Source of the DNA: Clostridia bacterium
Lineage (GTDB): Bacteria > Bacillota > Clostridia > Oscillospirales > Acutalibacteraceae
Length of the DNA stretch: 29,020 nt
Direction of reading: 5' to 3'
Assembly (NCBI GenBank): GCA_030536195.1
Contig: JAUNQL010000001.1
Span: 1 to 29,020 of the forward strand
Shown here: piece by piece, positions 19,082 through 27,175 of the stretch
Layout of the letters: each line of letters starts with the position of its first letter
Position numbering within the stretch: the stretch's first letter is position 1
Made by a program: the position numbers and the translations under genes
The notes under the pieces: model-generated
The model's database searches: none
Told to the model about the DNA's origin: nothing
The model's input: only the letters and a program-made list of their open reading frames with translations

Positions 19082-19846
19082 TCACCACACAATCCAAAAT
19101 GCCATAATGAAGCCGGCAGCAATTGCGCCCGCCCACATTACGGTTTCAACTATACGCATTGTACCAGACACCGTGTCCCCAACAAGGATGTCACGGATAG
19201 CATTGGTCATTGCAACTCCAGGGATAAGCAACATAATGTCGCCTATCATAATCTTATCTAGGTTAACGCCTGGAATAAACCTTGCTACAAGACAAACTCC
19301 AAGGCCAATAACGAATGAACTAACGATGTTATAAACAATAGGGTTTGGGGCAAGTGGAGAAAGTTCTCTTTGGAAGAAACAAATCAGCACACCAAAGAGG
19401 GCTGCAATAATTCCGTCAAATATGTTGCCCCCAAAGAATATAGCAAAAGCGCCAGCGGCAAGCGCGCTACCGATATACATACGGATAGGCTTGGTCGTTG
19501 GACGAATTGCCCTCTCATACTCCTCTCGGAGCACCTCAATTTCCATCTTATTGTTACAATAATGTCTGCTGACATCATTGATACGTGCAAGCTTTCTGAA
19601 GTCTGTGCTAAGGGGAGCTGTAATACGGCGAGTAAGTGTGATACTGTTGCCCTCTGAAAGTTCCATTGTTACAACAATTGAAGTTGTAATTACAAAAACA
19701 TTCATCTGAGTAGCACCGTAAGCAAATCCCATTCGAGAAATTGTATCCTCAACACGGTTTACCTCTGCACCACAAGCAACAAGTGATTCACCCATCTCGA
19801 GTGCCACTGTTAAAAACTCGTATGCATCAGATCTACTTCTATCCAC
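19082..19846 (-). CDS. ThrE-family exporter, large subunit (YjjP-like); GTG start
   Basis: GESLVACGAEVNRVEDTI.R, FAIFFGG, IMLLIPGVAMTNAIRD..GD..SG. Confidence 0.85.
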   Translation of the reverse strand: MDRSRSDAYEFLTVALEMGESLVACGAEVNRVEDTISRMGFAYGATQMNVFVITTSIVVTMELSEGNSITLTRRITAPLSTDFRKLARINDVSRHYCNNKMEIEVLREEYERAIRPTTKPIRMYIGSALAAGAFAIFFGGNIFDGIIAALFGVLICFFQRELSPLAPNPIVYNIVSSFVIGLGVCLVARFIPGVNLDKIMIGDIMLLIPGVAMTNAIRDILVGDTVSGTMRIVETVMWAGAIAAGFIMAFWIVW

Positions 19847-19942
19847 TTCCTCACCACCTTATAAATAATACTAATATATAGTTAAAATTAAGCATAGGAA
19901 TATTAACACGTTTAACAAGTAAAGTAAAGATGTTTTTTACAT

Positions 19943-19980
19943 AAAACGAAAGGTGCGACTGATTGCTCAGCCGCACCTTC
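19943..19980 (-). terminator. Intrinsic terminator downstream of the EF-G paralog
   Basis: Minus strand AAGGTGCGGCTGA-GCAA-TCAGTCGCACCTT followed by TCGTTTT. Confidence 0.85.
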
Positions 19981-20015
19981 CTATTTCATTTATCTCCCTA
20001 GACAAATAACCTAAA

Positions 20016-22088
20016 TTATTCTTCTTCGGACTTGTATGCTTCGATAACCTTCTGAGCTACTTCGTTTGGACACTCGTCATAACGAGCGAATTCCTGTGTG
20101 AAGGAACCTCTGCCCTTTGTTGTTGAACGAAGAACTGTTGGGAAATCAGCAAGTTCAGCCTCTGGAGCCTCAGCAACGAGTTGCTGCATGCCTGGCTTGC
20201 CAGCTGCTGGTTCCATACCAAGTACACGGCCACGGCGCTTTGTAAGATCGCCCATGATATCGCCCATGTTGTCGTCTGGAACAAGTACGTTGAGGCTTAC
20301 TACTGGCTCAAGGATTACAGGGCTAGCCTTTGGAATACCATCCTTGTAAGCAAGAGAAGCAGCTGTCTTGAATGACATTTCTGATGAGTCTACTGGGTGG
20401 TAAGAACCATCATAGAGAGTAGCCTTGAGGCCTACCATTGGGAAGCCAGCGAGTACGCCGTGCTCAATAGAATCCAAAAGACCCTTTTCAACTGCTGGGA
20501 AGAAGTTCTTTGGTACTGAACCGCCGAATACTTCCTCTGCGAATGTAAGACCAGGATCAGCACATGGCTCAAAGCGGATCCAAACATCACCAAACTGGCC
20601 ATGTCCACCAGACTGCTTCTTATAACGGCCCTGTACTTCTACTGTCTTCTTGATAGCCTCACGATAAGCTACCTTTGGAGCCTTGAGCTCTACGTCTACG
20701 CCAAACTTAGCCTTAAGTTTGCCGATAACAACGTTGATATGCTGTTCACCGAGACCCTTGAGAACCTGCTCTTTTGTCTCTGTGTTAGTACCAAATGTGA
20801 TTGTTGGGTCCTCGTCCATAAGCTTGATAAGACCCTGAGCAATCTTCTCTTCCTCACCCTTCTTGGTTGCATAAACTGCCATTGGCATGCAAGGTGTTGG
20901 AAGGTTAAGACCCTTAAGTGTAAGTGGCTGCTTCTCAGAAGAGATTGTGTCACCAGTCTTAAGACCGTCGAGCTTTGTAAGAATAGCGATATCACCAGCT
21001 GTGATAGATGTGCCGTCCTCTTGCTTGCCACCGTGTGGATAGAGGATCTTACCGAAACGCTCGGTCTTGCCTGTGCGAGCGTTATAAGCAGGTGTGTCAC
21101 CCTTAATCTCGCCAGATACAACCTTAACGTATGAGAGCTTACCTACGAATGGGTCAGCGATTGTCTTAAAGCAGATAGCAGCAAGTGGGCCTGCTGGATC
21201 GCACTTGAGAGCAACTTCCTTTTCGTCAGCGTCAAGTGCGATTTCGCCTGTCTTTGCTGCAGCTGCAGGAAGGAGATTTGTAATTCCTGAGAGGAGAAGG
21301 TCAACACCTTCAAGTGTCAAACCAGAGCAAGCGAATACAGGATAGATGTCACCATTTGTAACACCTTCAAGAAGTCCTTCTTGAACTTCCTTCTCTGTGA
21401 ATGCCTCGCCTTCGAAGAACTTCTCCATAAGTTCCTCAGAAGCACCTGCTACTGATTCATTAAACATATCGCGCATAGCGTCAAGCTTTGCGCTTGATGG
21501 CATGTCAATCTCTGTTGCCTTGCCATTGCTATATGTGAAAGCCTTGTTCTGACCGAAGTCTACAAGAGCCTTGATTTTACCATCTTCGATATAAGGAACT
21601 ACTACTGGGCAAAGCTTTGTTCCGTGGATTGCCTGAAGCTCCTCAAAGAGATCACCAAAGTTCGCATTTTCAGCATCTGTCTTGTTAATTACGAACATTG
21701 TTGAAAGGTTGCGTGCCTGAGCTGCTTCGAAAGCCTTCTCAGCACCAACGTCATACTTAGCCTTTTCTGCATCAGTTACGATAACCATGCATCCAGCAGC
21801 ACGAGCTGCCTCTGAAAGACCACCAGCGAAGTCAAAGAGACCCGGAGTGTCGATAATGTTGAGTTTAATGTTCTTCCAATCGAGGCTGGCAACAGCACTC
21901 ATAAGGGAAGCGCCACGTTTCTTTTCTTCTGCATCGAAGTCCATTACTGTGGTTCCGTCTGCTACCTTACCAAGTCTGTCAGTTGCTCCGGCCACATAGA
22001 GCATTGCCTCACAAAGGGTTGTCTTACCGCGTCCTGCGTGGCCTGCTACCGCAATATTTCGGATATTGCTTGAGCTATAAGTTTTCAT
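20016..22088 (-). CDS. Elongation factor G paralog (EF-G II / FusA2-like)
   Basis: 690 aa with five-domain EF-G architecture (GELHI-like GEQHI, QSGGHGQFG, GSYHPVDSS); G-motifs are divergent: GHAGRGKTT, RGASL, DTPGL, NKTD. Confidence 0.9.
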   Translation of the reverse strand: MKTYSSSNIRNIAVAGHAGRGKTTLCEAMLYVAGATDRLGKVADGTTVMDFDAEEKKRGASLMSAVASLDWKNIKLNIIDTPGLFDFAGGLSEAARAAGCMVIVTDAEKAKYDVGAEKAFEAAQARNLSTMFVINKTDAENANFGDLFEELQAIHGTKLCPVVVPYIEDGKIKALVDFGQNKAFTYSNGKATEIDMPSSAKLDAMRDMFNESVAGASEELMEKFFEGEAFTEKEVQEGLLEGVTNGDIYPVFACSGLTLEGVDLLLSGITNLLPAAAAKTGEIALDADEKEVALKCDPAGPLAAICFKTIADPFVGKLSYVKVVSGEIKGDTPAYNARTGKTERFGKILYPHGGKQEDGTSITAGDIAILTKLDGLKTGDTISSEKQPLTLKGLNLPTPCMPMAVYATKKGEEEKIAQGLIKLMDEDPTITFGTNTETKEQVLKGLGEQHINVVIGKLKAKFGVDVELKAPKVAYREAIKKTVEVQGRYKKQSGGHGQFGDVWIRFEPCADPGLTFAEEVFGGSVPKNFFPAVEKGLLDSIEHGVLAGFPMVGLKATLYDGSYHPVDSSEMSFKTAASLAYKDGIPKASPVILEPVVSLNVLVPDDNMGDIMGDLTKRRGRVLGMEPAAGKPGMQQLVAEAPEAELADFPTVLRSTTKGRGSFTQEFARYDECPNEVAQKVIEAYKSEEE

Positions 22089-22275
22089 AAAAAGTCCTCC
22101 TCTTATGATAAATTACAAATTTCCGTAAAATACAGTAAAAATAGTTTAGCATAATATATAGCGTTTCAACGTTTTACAGTGATAAAGGGATAGAAATTCC
22201 CTTATGTTTTTTGTGTACATCTCATAAGAAGATGTTTTGAAATTTAAATAATTTCCGAACAACCGTACACTTTCG

Positions 22276-22304
22276 TTGACATATACATTAAATAGGGTTA
22301 AAAT
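22276..22304 (+). promoter_or_regulatory. Sigma-A promoter of the SDR gene
   Basis: TTGACA-17 nt-TAAAAT, then AAAGGAG RBS before the ATG at 22337. Confidence 0.82.
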
Positions 22305-22336
22305 ATAGCCACCATTTTAAAAAGGAGATCGTTCGT

Positions 22337-23365
22337 ATGAAAATTTGTATGATCGGCGGTACAGGCCTTCTTGGTGCAGAAGCAGCAAAGGTTATGATCG
22401 CAAAGGGACATCAGGTATCAACACTTGCTCTTCCTCCACTTCCAGAGGGAGCTCCTATTCCAGAAGAGATGGAAATCATCTTCCAGGACATCAACAAGTG
22501 GTCAGATGCTGACATCGAAAATTGGCTTAAGGGTGCTGACGCATTCGTATTCGCAGCAGGCGTAGACGAGCGTGTAGAGATGGAAGGTCCAGTACTTCCT
22601 AAGTACCATAAGTTCAACATCGCTCCTCTTGAGAGAATCTTCCCAATCGCTAAGAAAGCTGGCGTAAAGCGCGCTACAGTTCTTGGTTCTTACTTCGCTT
22701 ATTGGGCAAAGATGCATCCAGAGAAGCCAGACTATCGCAGCGATAGAAACCCATACATCCAGTCAAGACTTGCTCAGGAGCAGCTCTGCAAAGACGTTGC
22801 TGATGACAACTTCGCAGTAGACGTTCTTGAACTTCCATACATCTTTGGTACACAGCCAGGTCGTCGTCCAGTATGGACAATCCTCATCGAGAAGATTAAG
22901 ATGATGGATAAGTGGCCTTTCACAATGTATCCATGGGGCGGCACAGCTATGCTTACATGCCGTCAGGTTGGTGAGTGCATCTGTGGTTCTGCTACACGTG
23001 AGTCTAAGGGCTACAACGCACTTCCATGCGCTTGCTACAACATGAAGTGGGGTCCATTCCTCAAGATCGTTTACAACGCACGTGGCATGGGCGCTAACCG
23101 TCCAATCCTCTATGTACCACCAGTAGCTATGAAGCTCGGTCTCTTCGGTATCCTTAAGGATTATAAGGAGAGAAACATCGAGTCTGGTACATCACTCTTC
23201 ACAACAGCTGACCTCATGGGCGATGACATCTTCATCGACACAGGTATTGCTGAGTCTCTTGGTGCTACACCAGACGACATCGAATCAGCTATCTTTGATT
23301 CAATCAAGCTTTCAGTAGAGGCTGTTAACGGTACAGCTAAGCTTCTTGGTATGAAGGGTGAATAA
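22337..23365 (+). CDS. NAD(P)-dependent epimerase/dehydratase-like (extended SDR)
   Basis: Rossmann motif MIGGTGLLG, FVFAAG, LGSYF, YIQSR, ELPYIFG; substrate unknown. Confidence 0.8.
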   Translation: MKICMIGGTGLLGAEAAKVMIAKGHQVSTLALPPLPEGAPIPEEMEIIFQDINKWSDADIENWLKGADAFVFAAGVDERVEMEGPVLPKYHKFNIAPLERIFPIAKKAGVKRATVLGSYFAYWAKMHPEKPDYRSDRNPYIQSRLAQEQLCKDVADDNFAVDVLELPYIFGTQPGRRPVWTILIEKIKMMDKWPFTMYPWGGTAMLTCRQVGECICGSATRESKGYNALPCACYNMKWGPFLKIVYNARGMGANRPILYVPPVAMKLGLFGILKDYKERNIESGTSLFTTADLMGDDIFIDTGIAESLGATPDDIESAIFDSIKLSVEAVNGTAKLLGMKGE

Positions 23366-23384
23366 TTAGAGTTTAATTCTTCAC

Positions 23385-23421
23385 AAAAAGGACCCGCTCA
23401 AACGAGCGGGTCTTGTTTTTT
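23385..23421 (+). terminator. Intrinsic terminator (hairpin copy 1)
   Basis: GACCCGCTC-AAAC-GAGCGGGTC then TTGTTTTTT. Confidence 0.88.
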
Positions 23422-23433
23422 AATTCTTTCCCA

Positions 23434-23442
23434 TGATATAAT
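23434..23442 (+). promoter_or_regulatory. Extended -10 promoter element
   Basis: TG-A-TATAAT 35 nt upstream of the ATG at 23478; weak -35 (TTGTTT) in the preceding terminator tail. Confidence 0.6.
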
Positions 23443-23477
23443 GAGCGTGCAATTTATTTTAAGAAAGGAAAACGCTT

Positions 23478-23873
23478 ATGGGATTATTTTCATCTTCAAT
23501 CGCACTTTGGGACGATAAGAGCCAGCGCCTTGATCTTGATATGACTAAAGAGGATCTCTATAGCACCCTTAAACTCCTAGACGCTCTTTTCTTTAAAGCA
23601 AGACTTGTAGATGTTGAAAATAGCATCGAATACAATGTAACACCAGAAGGAAAAATTGTTCCAACTGAAACATGCTGCTTCGCAGTTTGGGGCAAGGATT
23701 CACCTTGTACTAACTGCACATCAATGCAAGCGTTCAAATCAAAGTCACAGCTCACAAAACACGAGAGCATAGGCAGTGTTCAGTTCCATATTCTTTCAAA
23801 GTATATTGAATTTAACCACAAACCATACGTGCTTGAAGTTGTTATCAAGGAAACTCACAATGTAATGTCCTAA
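23478..23873 (+). CDS. Stand-alone Cys-motif sensory-domain protein (resembles the N-terminus of clostridial diguanylate cyclases)
   Basis: CCFAVWGKDSPCTNCTS.AF.....K.E...ILSKYIEF..KPYVLE; AAGAAAGG RBS, own promoter and terminator; family assignment from recalled pattern only. Confidence 0.6.
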   Translation: MGLFSSSIALWDDKSQRLDLDMTKEDLYSTLKLLDALFFKARLVDVENSIEYNVTPEGKIVPTETCCFAVWGKDSPCTNCTSMQAFKSKSQLTKHESIGSVQFHILSKYIEFNHKPYVLEVVIKETHNVMS

Positions 23874-23884
23874 CAGCAAATAAC

Positions 23885-23919
23885 AAAAGACCCGCTCTTT
23901 TCGAGCGGGTCTTATTTTT
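23885..23919. terminator. Bidirectional intrinsic terminator (hairpin copy 2)
   Basis: AAAA-GACCCGCTC-TTTTC-GAGCGGGTC-TTATTTTT, abutting the aspS stop. Confidence 0.88.
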
Positions 23920-25711
23920 ATTCTGCTTTTTCCTCGCGATGTGTTACTGCAATTCCAAGCTCATCAAGCTGAGCGTTGTCAACGCTGCTTGGGCAGGATG
24001 TCATAGGCTCTATGGCATCCTTATTCTTTGGATATGCGATAACATCGCGGAGAGTCTCAAGGCGAAGCATCTGCATGATAAGTCTATCAAGGCCGAGTCC
24101 CATGCCACCATGAGGTGGTGGGCCAAACTTGAAGGCATCGAGGAGATAGCCAAACTTCTGCTGAGCCTCTTCCTTGGTAAGACCAAGGAGATCAAAGATA
24201 CGAGACTGGAGCTCTGGGTCTGTGATACGGATAGAACCTGACGCGAGCTCAACGCCGTTGAGAACGAGGTCGTAGCACTTTGCACGAACCTTAGCCTTGT
24301 CGGACTCAAGGTACTCAAGACAATCGTCCATTGGAGCTGTGAATGGATGGTGCATAGCAACGAATGTCTGGAGCTCCTCGTCCCACTCAAAGAATGGGAA
24401 TTCTGTGATCCAAAGGAGATTGTATTTATCCTGTGGAATGATATCAAGCTTCTTTGCAGCCTCTTGACGGATTGCGCCGAGGATGCTCAAAACATGAGAG
24501 TTGTTTGTATCACCAATGATGAATACAACGTCACCCTGTTCTGTATTTCCAGCCTTTAAGATGGCATCCATCTTGTCCTCTGAGATGAACTTGCCAAATG
24601 ATGAACTTACGCCATCATCGGTCCAACGTACCCAAGCAAGTCCCTTAGCACCGATGCCCTTTGCCATCTCAGTGAGCTTGTCGATTTCCTTACGTGAGTA
24701 AATTGATGCTGCGTTCTTGGCAGTAATTGCACGAACACTACCGCCACCAGCGATTGCTGATTCAAATACACCAAATCCGCAATCCTTTACAATGTCAGAG
24801 ATATCATAAAGTTCCATGCCATAACGTGTATCTGGCTTATCAGAACCAAAGCGTTCCATTGCCTCCTTAAATGTAAGACGTGGAAGTGGAAGCTCAATAT
24901 CAACATCAAGTGCTTCCTTAAATACGCGAACCATAAAGCGTTCGCCCATATCCAAGATGTCCTCCATATCAACGAAAGACATCTCAAGGTCTATCTGAGT
25001 AAACTCTGGCTGACGGTCAGCACGAAGATCCTCGTCTCTGAAGCAGCGAGCGATTTGCATGTAGCGGTCAAAACCTGCTACCATGGAGAGCTGCTTATAA
25101 AGCTGTGGAGACTGAGGAAGCGCATAGAAGTCGCCATTGTGAAGTCTGCTTGGAACAAGGAAGTCACGTGCTCCCTCTGGAGTAGACTTGATAAGCATAG
25201 GTGTCTCTATCTCGATAAAACCATTCTCGTCGAAGAAATCACGAACAATCTTGGTAATCTTGTGACGCATCAAAATATTCTTCTGAAGGTCTGGACGACG
25301 AAGGTCTAAATATCTGTACTTAAGACGAATAAGTTCGTCTGTTTTGCAGTCCTCTACAATCTCAAATGGAGGTGTCTCAGACTTACCAAGGATGCGAAGG
25401 TCGCTAACAAAAATCTCAACCTCACCAGTTGGGATTTCAAGGTTCTTAGATGAACGCTCACGAACAACGCCCTTTGCCATCAAAACAAACTCTGAACGAA
25501 CAGAGAATGCCTTGTCAAAAACAGCCTTGTCTGTTGAATCGTCAAAAGCAAGCTGAACAATACCTGTACGGTCACGCAAATCAATAAAGATAAGCGCACC
25601 AAGGTCGCGCTGCTTTGCAGCCCAACCACAAACTACTACTTCCTGTCCTATGAATGAGGAATTAAACTCACCACAGTAATTGGTCCTCTTAAGACCGTCC
25701 ATCTTGTCCAT
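23918..25711 (-). CDS. aspS: Aspartate--tRNA ligase
   Basis: RTNYCG, LIFIDLRD, RLKYRYLDLRR, ALPQSPQLYKQ, FRDEDLRADRQPEFTQID, PPHGG.GLGLDR. Confidence 0.98.
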   Translation of the reverse strand: MDKMDGLKRTNYCGEFNSSFIGQEVVVCGWAAKQRDLGALIFIDLRDRTGIVQLAFDDSTDKAVFDKAFSVRSEFVLMAKGVVRERSSKNLEIPTGEVEIFVSDLRILGKSETPPFEIVEDCKTDELIRLKYRYLDLRRPDLQKNILMRHKITKIVRDFFDENGFIEIETPMLIKSTPEGARDFLVPSRLHNGDFYALPQSPQLYKQLSMVAGFDRYMQIARCFRDEDLRADRQPEFTQIDLEMSFVDMEDILDMGERFMVRVFKEALDVDIELPLPRLTFKEAMERFGSDKPDTRYGMELYDISDIVKDCGFGVFESAIAGGGSVRAITAKNAASIYSRKEIDKLTEMAKGIGAKGLAWVRWTDDGVSSSFGKFISEDKMDAILKAGNTEQGDVVFIIGDTNNSHVLSILGAIRQEAAKKLDIIPQDKYNLLWITEFPFFEWDEELQTFVAMHHPFTAPMDDCLEYLESDKAKVRAKCYDLVLNGVELASGSIRITDPELQSRIFDLLGLTKEEAQQKFGYLLDAFKFGPPPHGGMGLGLDRLIMQMLRLETLRDVIAYPKNKDAIEPMTSCPSSVDNAQLDELGIAVTHREEKAE

Positions 25712-27072
25712 TAAAACTTGCCTCCAAAAAGTGAATTGAAATCTATTCCACTGATATCAACGTCTTTCAAATCGTCACCTAAATCAAGGTTGCTTACTGA
25801 TTGCTTAATTGATATCTCAACAAAGTCCTCTGCCAAAGTATCAAGTTTTACCTCTACTTCTTCGCCAGAATCCATGTTCTTAAGCTTTGCTGTGCCTGAT
25901 TGAAGTTCGTCATCACCGATGACTACTACATACTCAGCACCAATTTTGTTTGCGTACTTCATCTGTGCCTTGATGCCACGATTTGATACATCAAAGAGTG
26001 CAAACACACCCTCCTGACGGAGGTTGGTTGCAAGACCTGCGGCAAAGAGGCTTGCGGCCTCACCTGCTGGTGCAATGTAGATGTTGCACCTCTGCTCCTC
26101 TGGGAGCTCGATGCCCTGCTGCTCGAGTACGAGCATCAAGCGTTCGAGGCCCAAACCAAAGCCGAGTGCAGGTACATGGTTGCCGCCAAGCTCCTCGCAG
26201 AGGCCGTCATATCGACCGCCGCCACATACGGTGCCCTGGGCACCTATGCCTGTTGCAACGAACTCAAATACTGTCTTGGTGTAATAGTCAAGACCACGTA
26301 CGATTGTAGGGTTTACCTTATATGGAATGCTCATAGCTTCAAGATTTTTCTTGAGGCTCTCGAAGTGAGCACTACAATCATCACAGAGGAAGTCGAGTAC
26401 AACTGGAGCATCCTTTGCAATCTCAGAGCAAACTGGGCTCTTGCAGTCAAGGATTCTCATTGGGTTACGCTCAAGTCGTGAGAGGCATGTCTCACAGAGT
26501 TCGCCCTTCTTGCTCTCAAAGTATGCCTTGAGTGCCTCCTGATACTTAGCACGGCATGTTGGGCAGCCAATTGAGTTGATCTGAAGCTCAAGTCCCTCAA
26601 TACCAAGGAAGCCAAATATCTCACTTGCAAGTGAGATTACCTCTGCATCAGCGGCAGCGCTCTCAGCGCCAAAGCACTCAACACCAAACTGGTGGAACTC
26701 ACGAAGGCGGCCAGCCTGTGGCTTTTCATACCTGTAGCAAGATGTGAAATAATATACCTTCTGTGGCAATGCATCATTAAAAAGTCCGTGCTCTAAGAAA
26801 GCTCGAACTGCACCAGCAGTACCCTCTGGACGAAGAGTGATTGAACGACCACCCTTGTCCTCAAAAGTATACATTTCCTTTTGAACTACATCAGTTGTAT
26901 CGCCAACAGAGCGATTAAAAAGCTCTGTGTGCTCAAATACAGGCGTGCGAATCTCACGGAATCCAAAGTTGCCAGCGATGTCAGCTATAGTTGCTTCTAC
27001 GAAGCGGTTTTTATAGCTCTCGCTTGGGAGGATGTCCTCCGTGCCCTTGATTGCACTAGTCAATAATGCCAT
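25711..27072 (-). CDS. hisS: Histidine--tRNA ligase
   Basis: LRPEGTA, RYEKPQAGRLREFHQFG, VRGLDYY, GGGRYDGL, FGLGLERL; stop overlaps the aspS start (TAATG). Confidence 0.98.
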   Translation of the reverse strand: MALLTSAIKGTEDILPSESYKNRFVEATIADIAGNFGFREIRTPVFEHTELFNRSVGDTTDVVQKEMYTFEDKGGRSITLRPEGTAGAVRAFLEHGLFNDALPQKVYYFTSCYRYEKPQAGRLREFHQFGVECFGAESAAADAEVISLASEIFGFLGIEGLELQINSIGCPTCRAKYQEALKAYFESKKGELCETCLSRLERNPMRILDCKSPVCSEIAKDAPVVLDFLCDDCSAHFESLKKNLEAMSIPYKVNPTIVRGLDYYTKTVFEFVATGIGAQGTVCGGGRYDGLCEELGGNHVPALGFGLGLERLMLVLEQQGIELPEEQRCNIYIAPAGEAASLFAAGLATNLRQEGVFALFDVSNRGIKAQMKYANKIGAEYVVVIGDDELQSGTAKLKNMDSGEEVEVKLDTLAEDFVEISIKQSVSNLDLGDDLKDVDISGIDFNSLFGGKF

Positions 27073-27119
27073 GTTTAAAGCCTCCGTCGTATACGATTAA
27101 ATAGTTGAATAACGCGTTA

Positions 27120-27148
27120 ATTATAATACAAGAGCCGTGCTTTTGCAA
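27120..27148 (-). promoter_or_regulatory. Sigma-A promoter of hisS-aspS
   Basis: Minus strand TTGCAA-17 nt-TATAAT; the -35 lies in the loop region of the upstream terminator. Confidence 0.72.
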
Positions 27149-27165
27149 TAAAAAGCACGGCTCAA
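27126..27165 (-). terminator. Intrinsic terminator after the mgsA-like gene
   Basis: 13-bp perfect stem GAGCCGTGCTTTT/AAAAGCACGGCTC (27132-27144, 27151-27163), minus-strand tail TTGTATT. Confidence 0.78.
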
Positions 27166-27175
27166 TTTCGCTATT

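Noticed and set aside
20601-21134. Long antisense or alternative-frame ORFs (for example 177 aa opposite the EF-G paralog, and many opposite ribosomal protein genes, pyk and aspS)
   Set aside because: Shadow ORFs expected from codon bias of the real genes; no RBS or recognisable domains.
20016-22088. Tetracycline ribosomal protection protein (TetM/O) interpretation
   Set aside because: Length of 690 aa and EF-G domain IV/V motifs fit EF-G II; TetM-type N-terminal motifs (AHVDAGKTT, QRGITI) and any mobile context are absent.
22144-22171. dif-like site on the minus strand (TATATA-TTATGCTAAAC resembles the central hexamer plus XerD arm)
   Set aside because: The XerC arm does not match, and the site lies in the promoter region of the EF-G paralog near a ribosomal protein operon, which is usually far from the terminus.
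23918-25711. Calling AspRS discriminating or non-discriminating from RDLG versus RDHG
   Set aside because: That single position is not diagnostic in Firmicutes; it needs the genome's asnS/gatCAB content.
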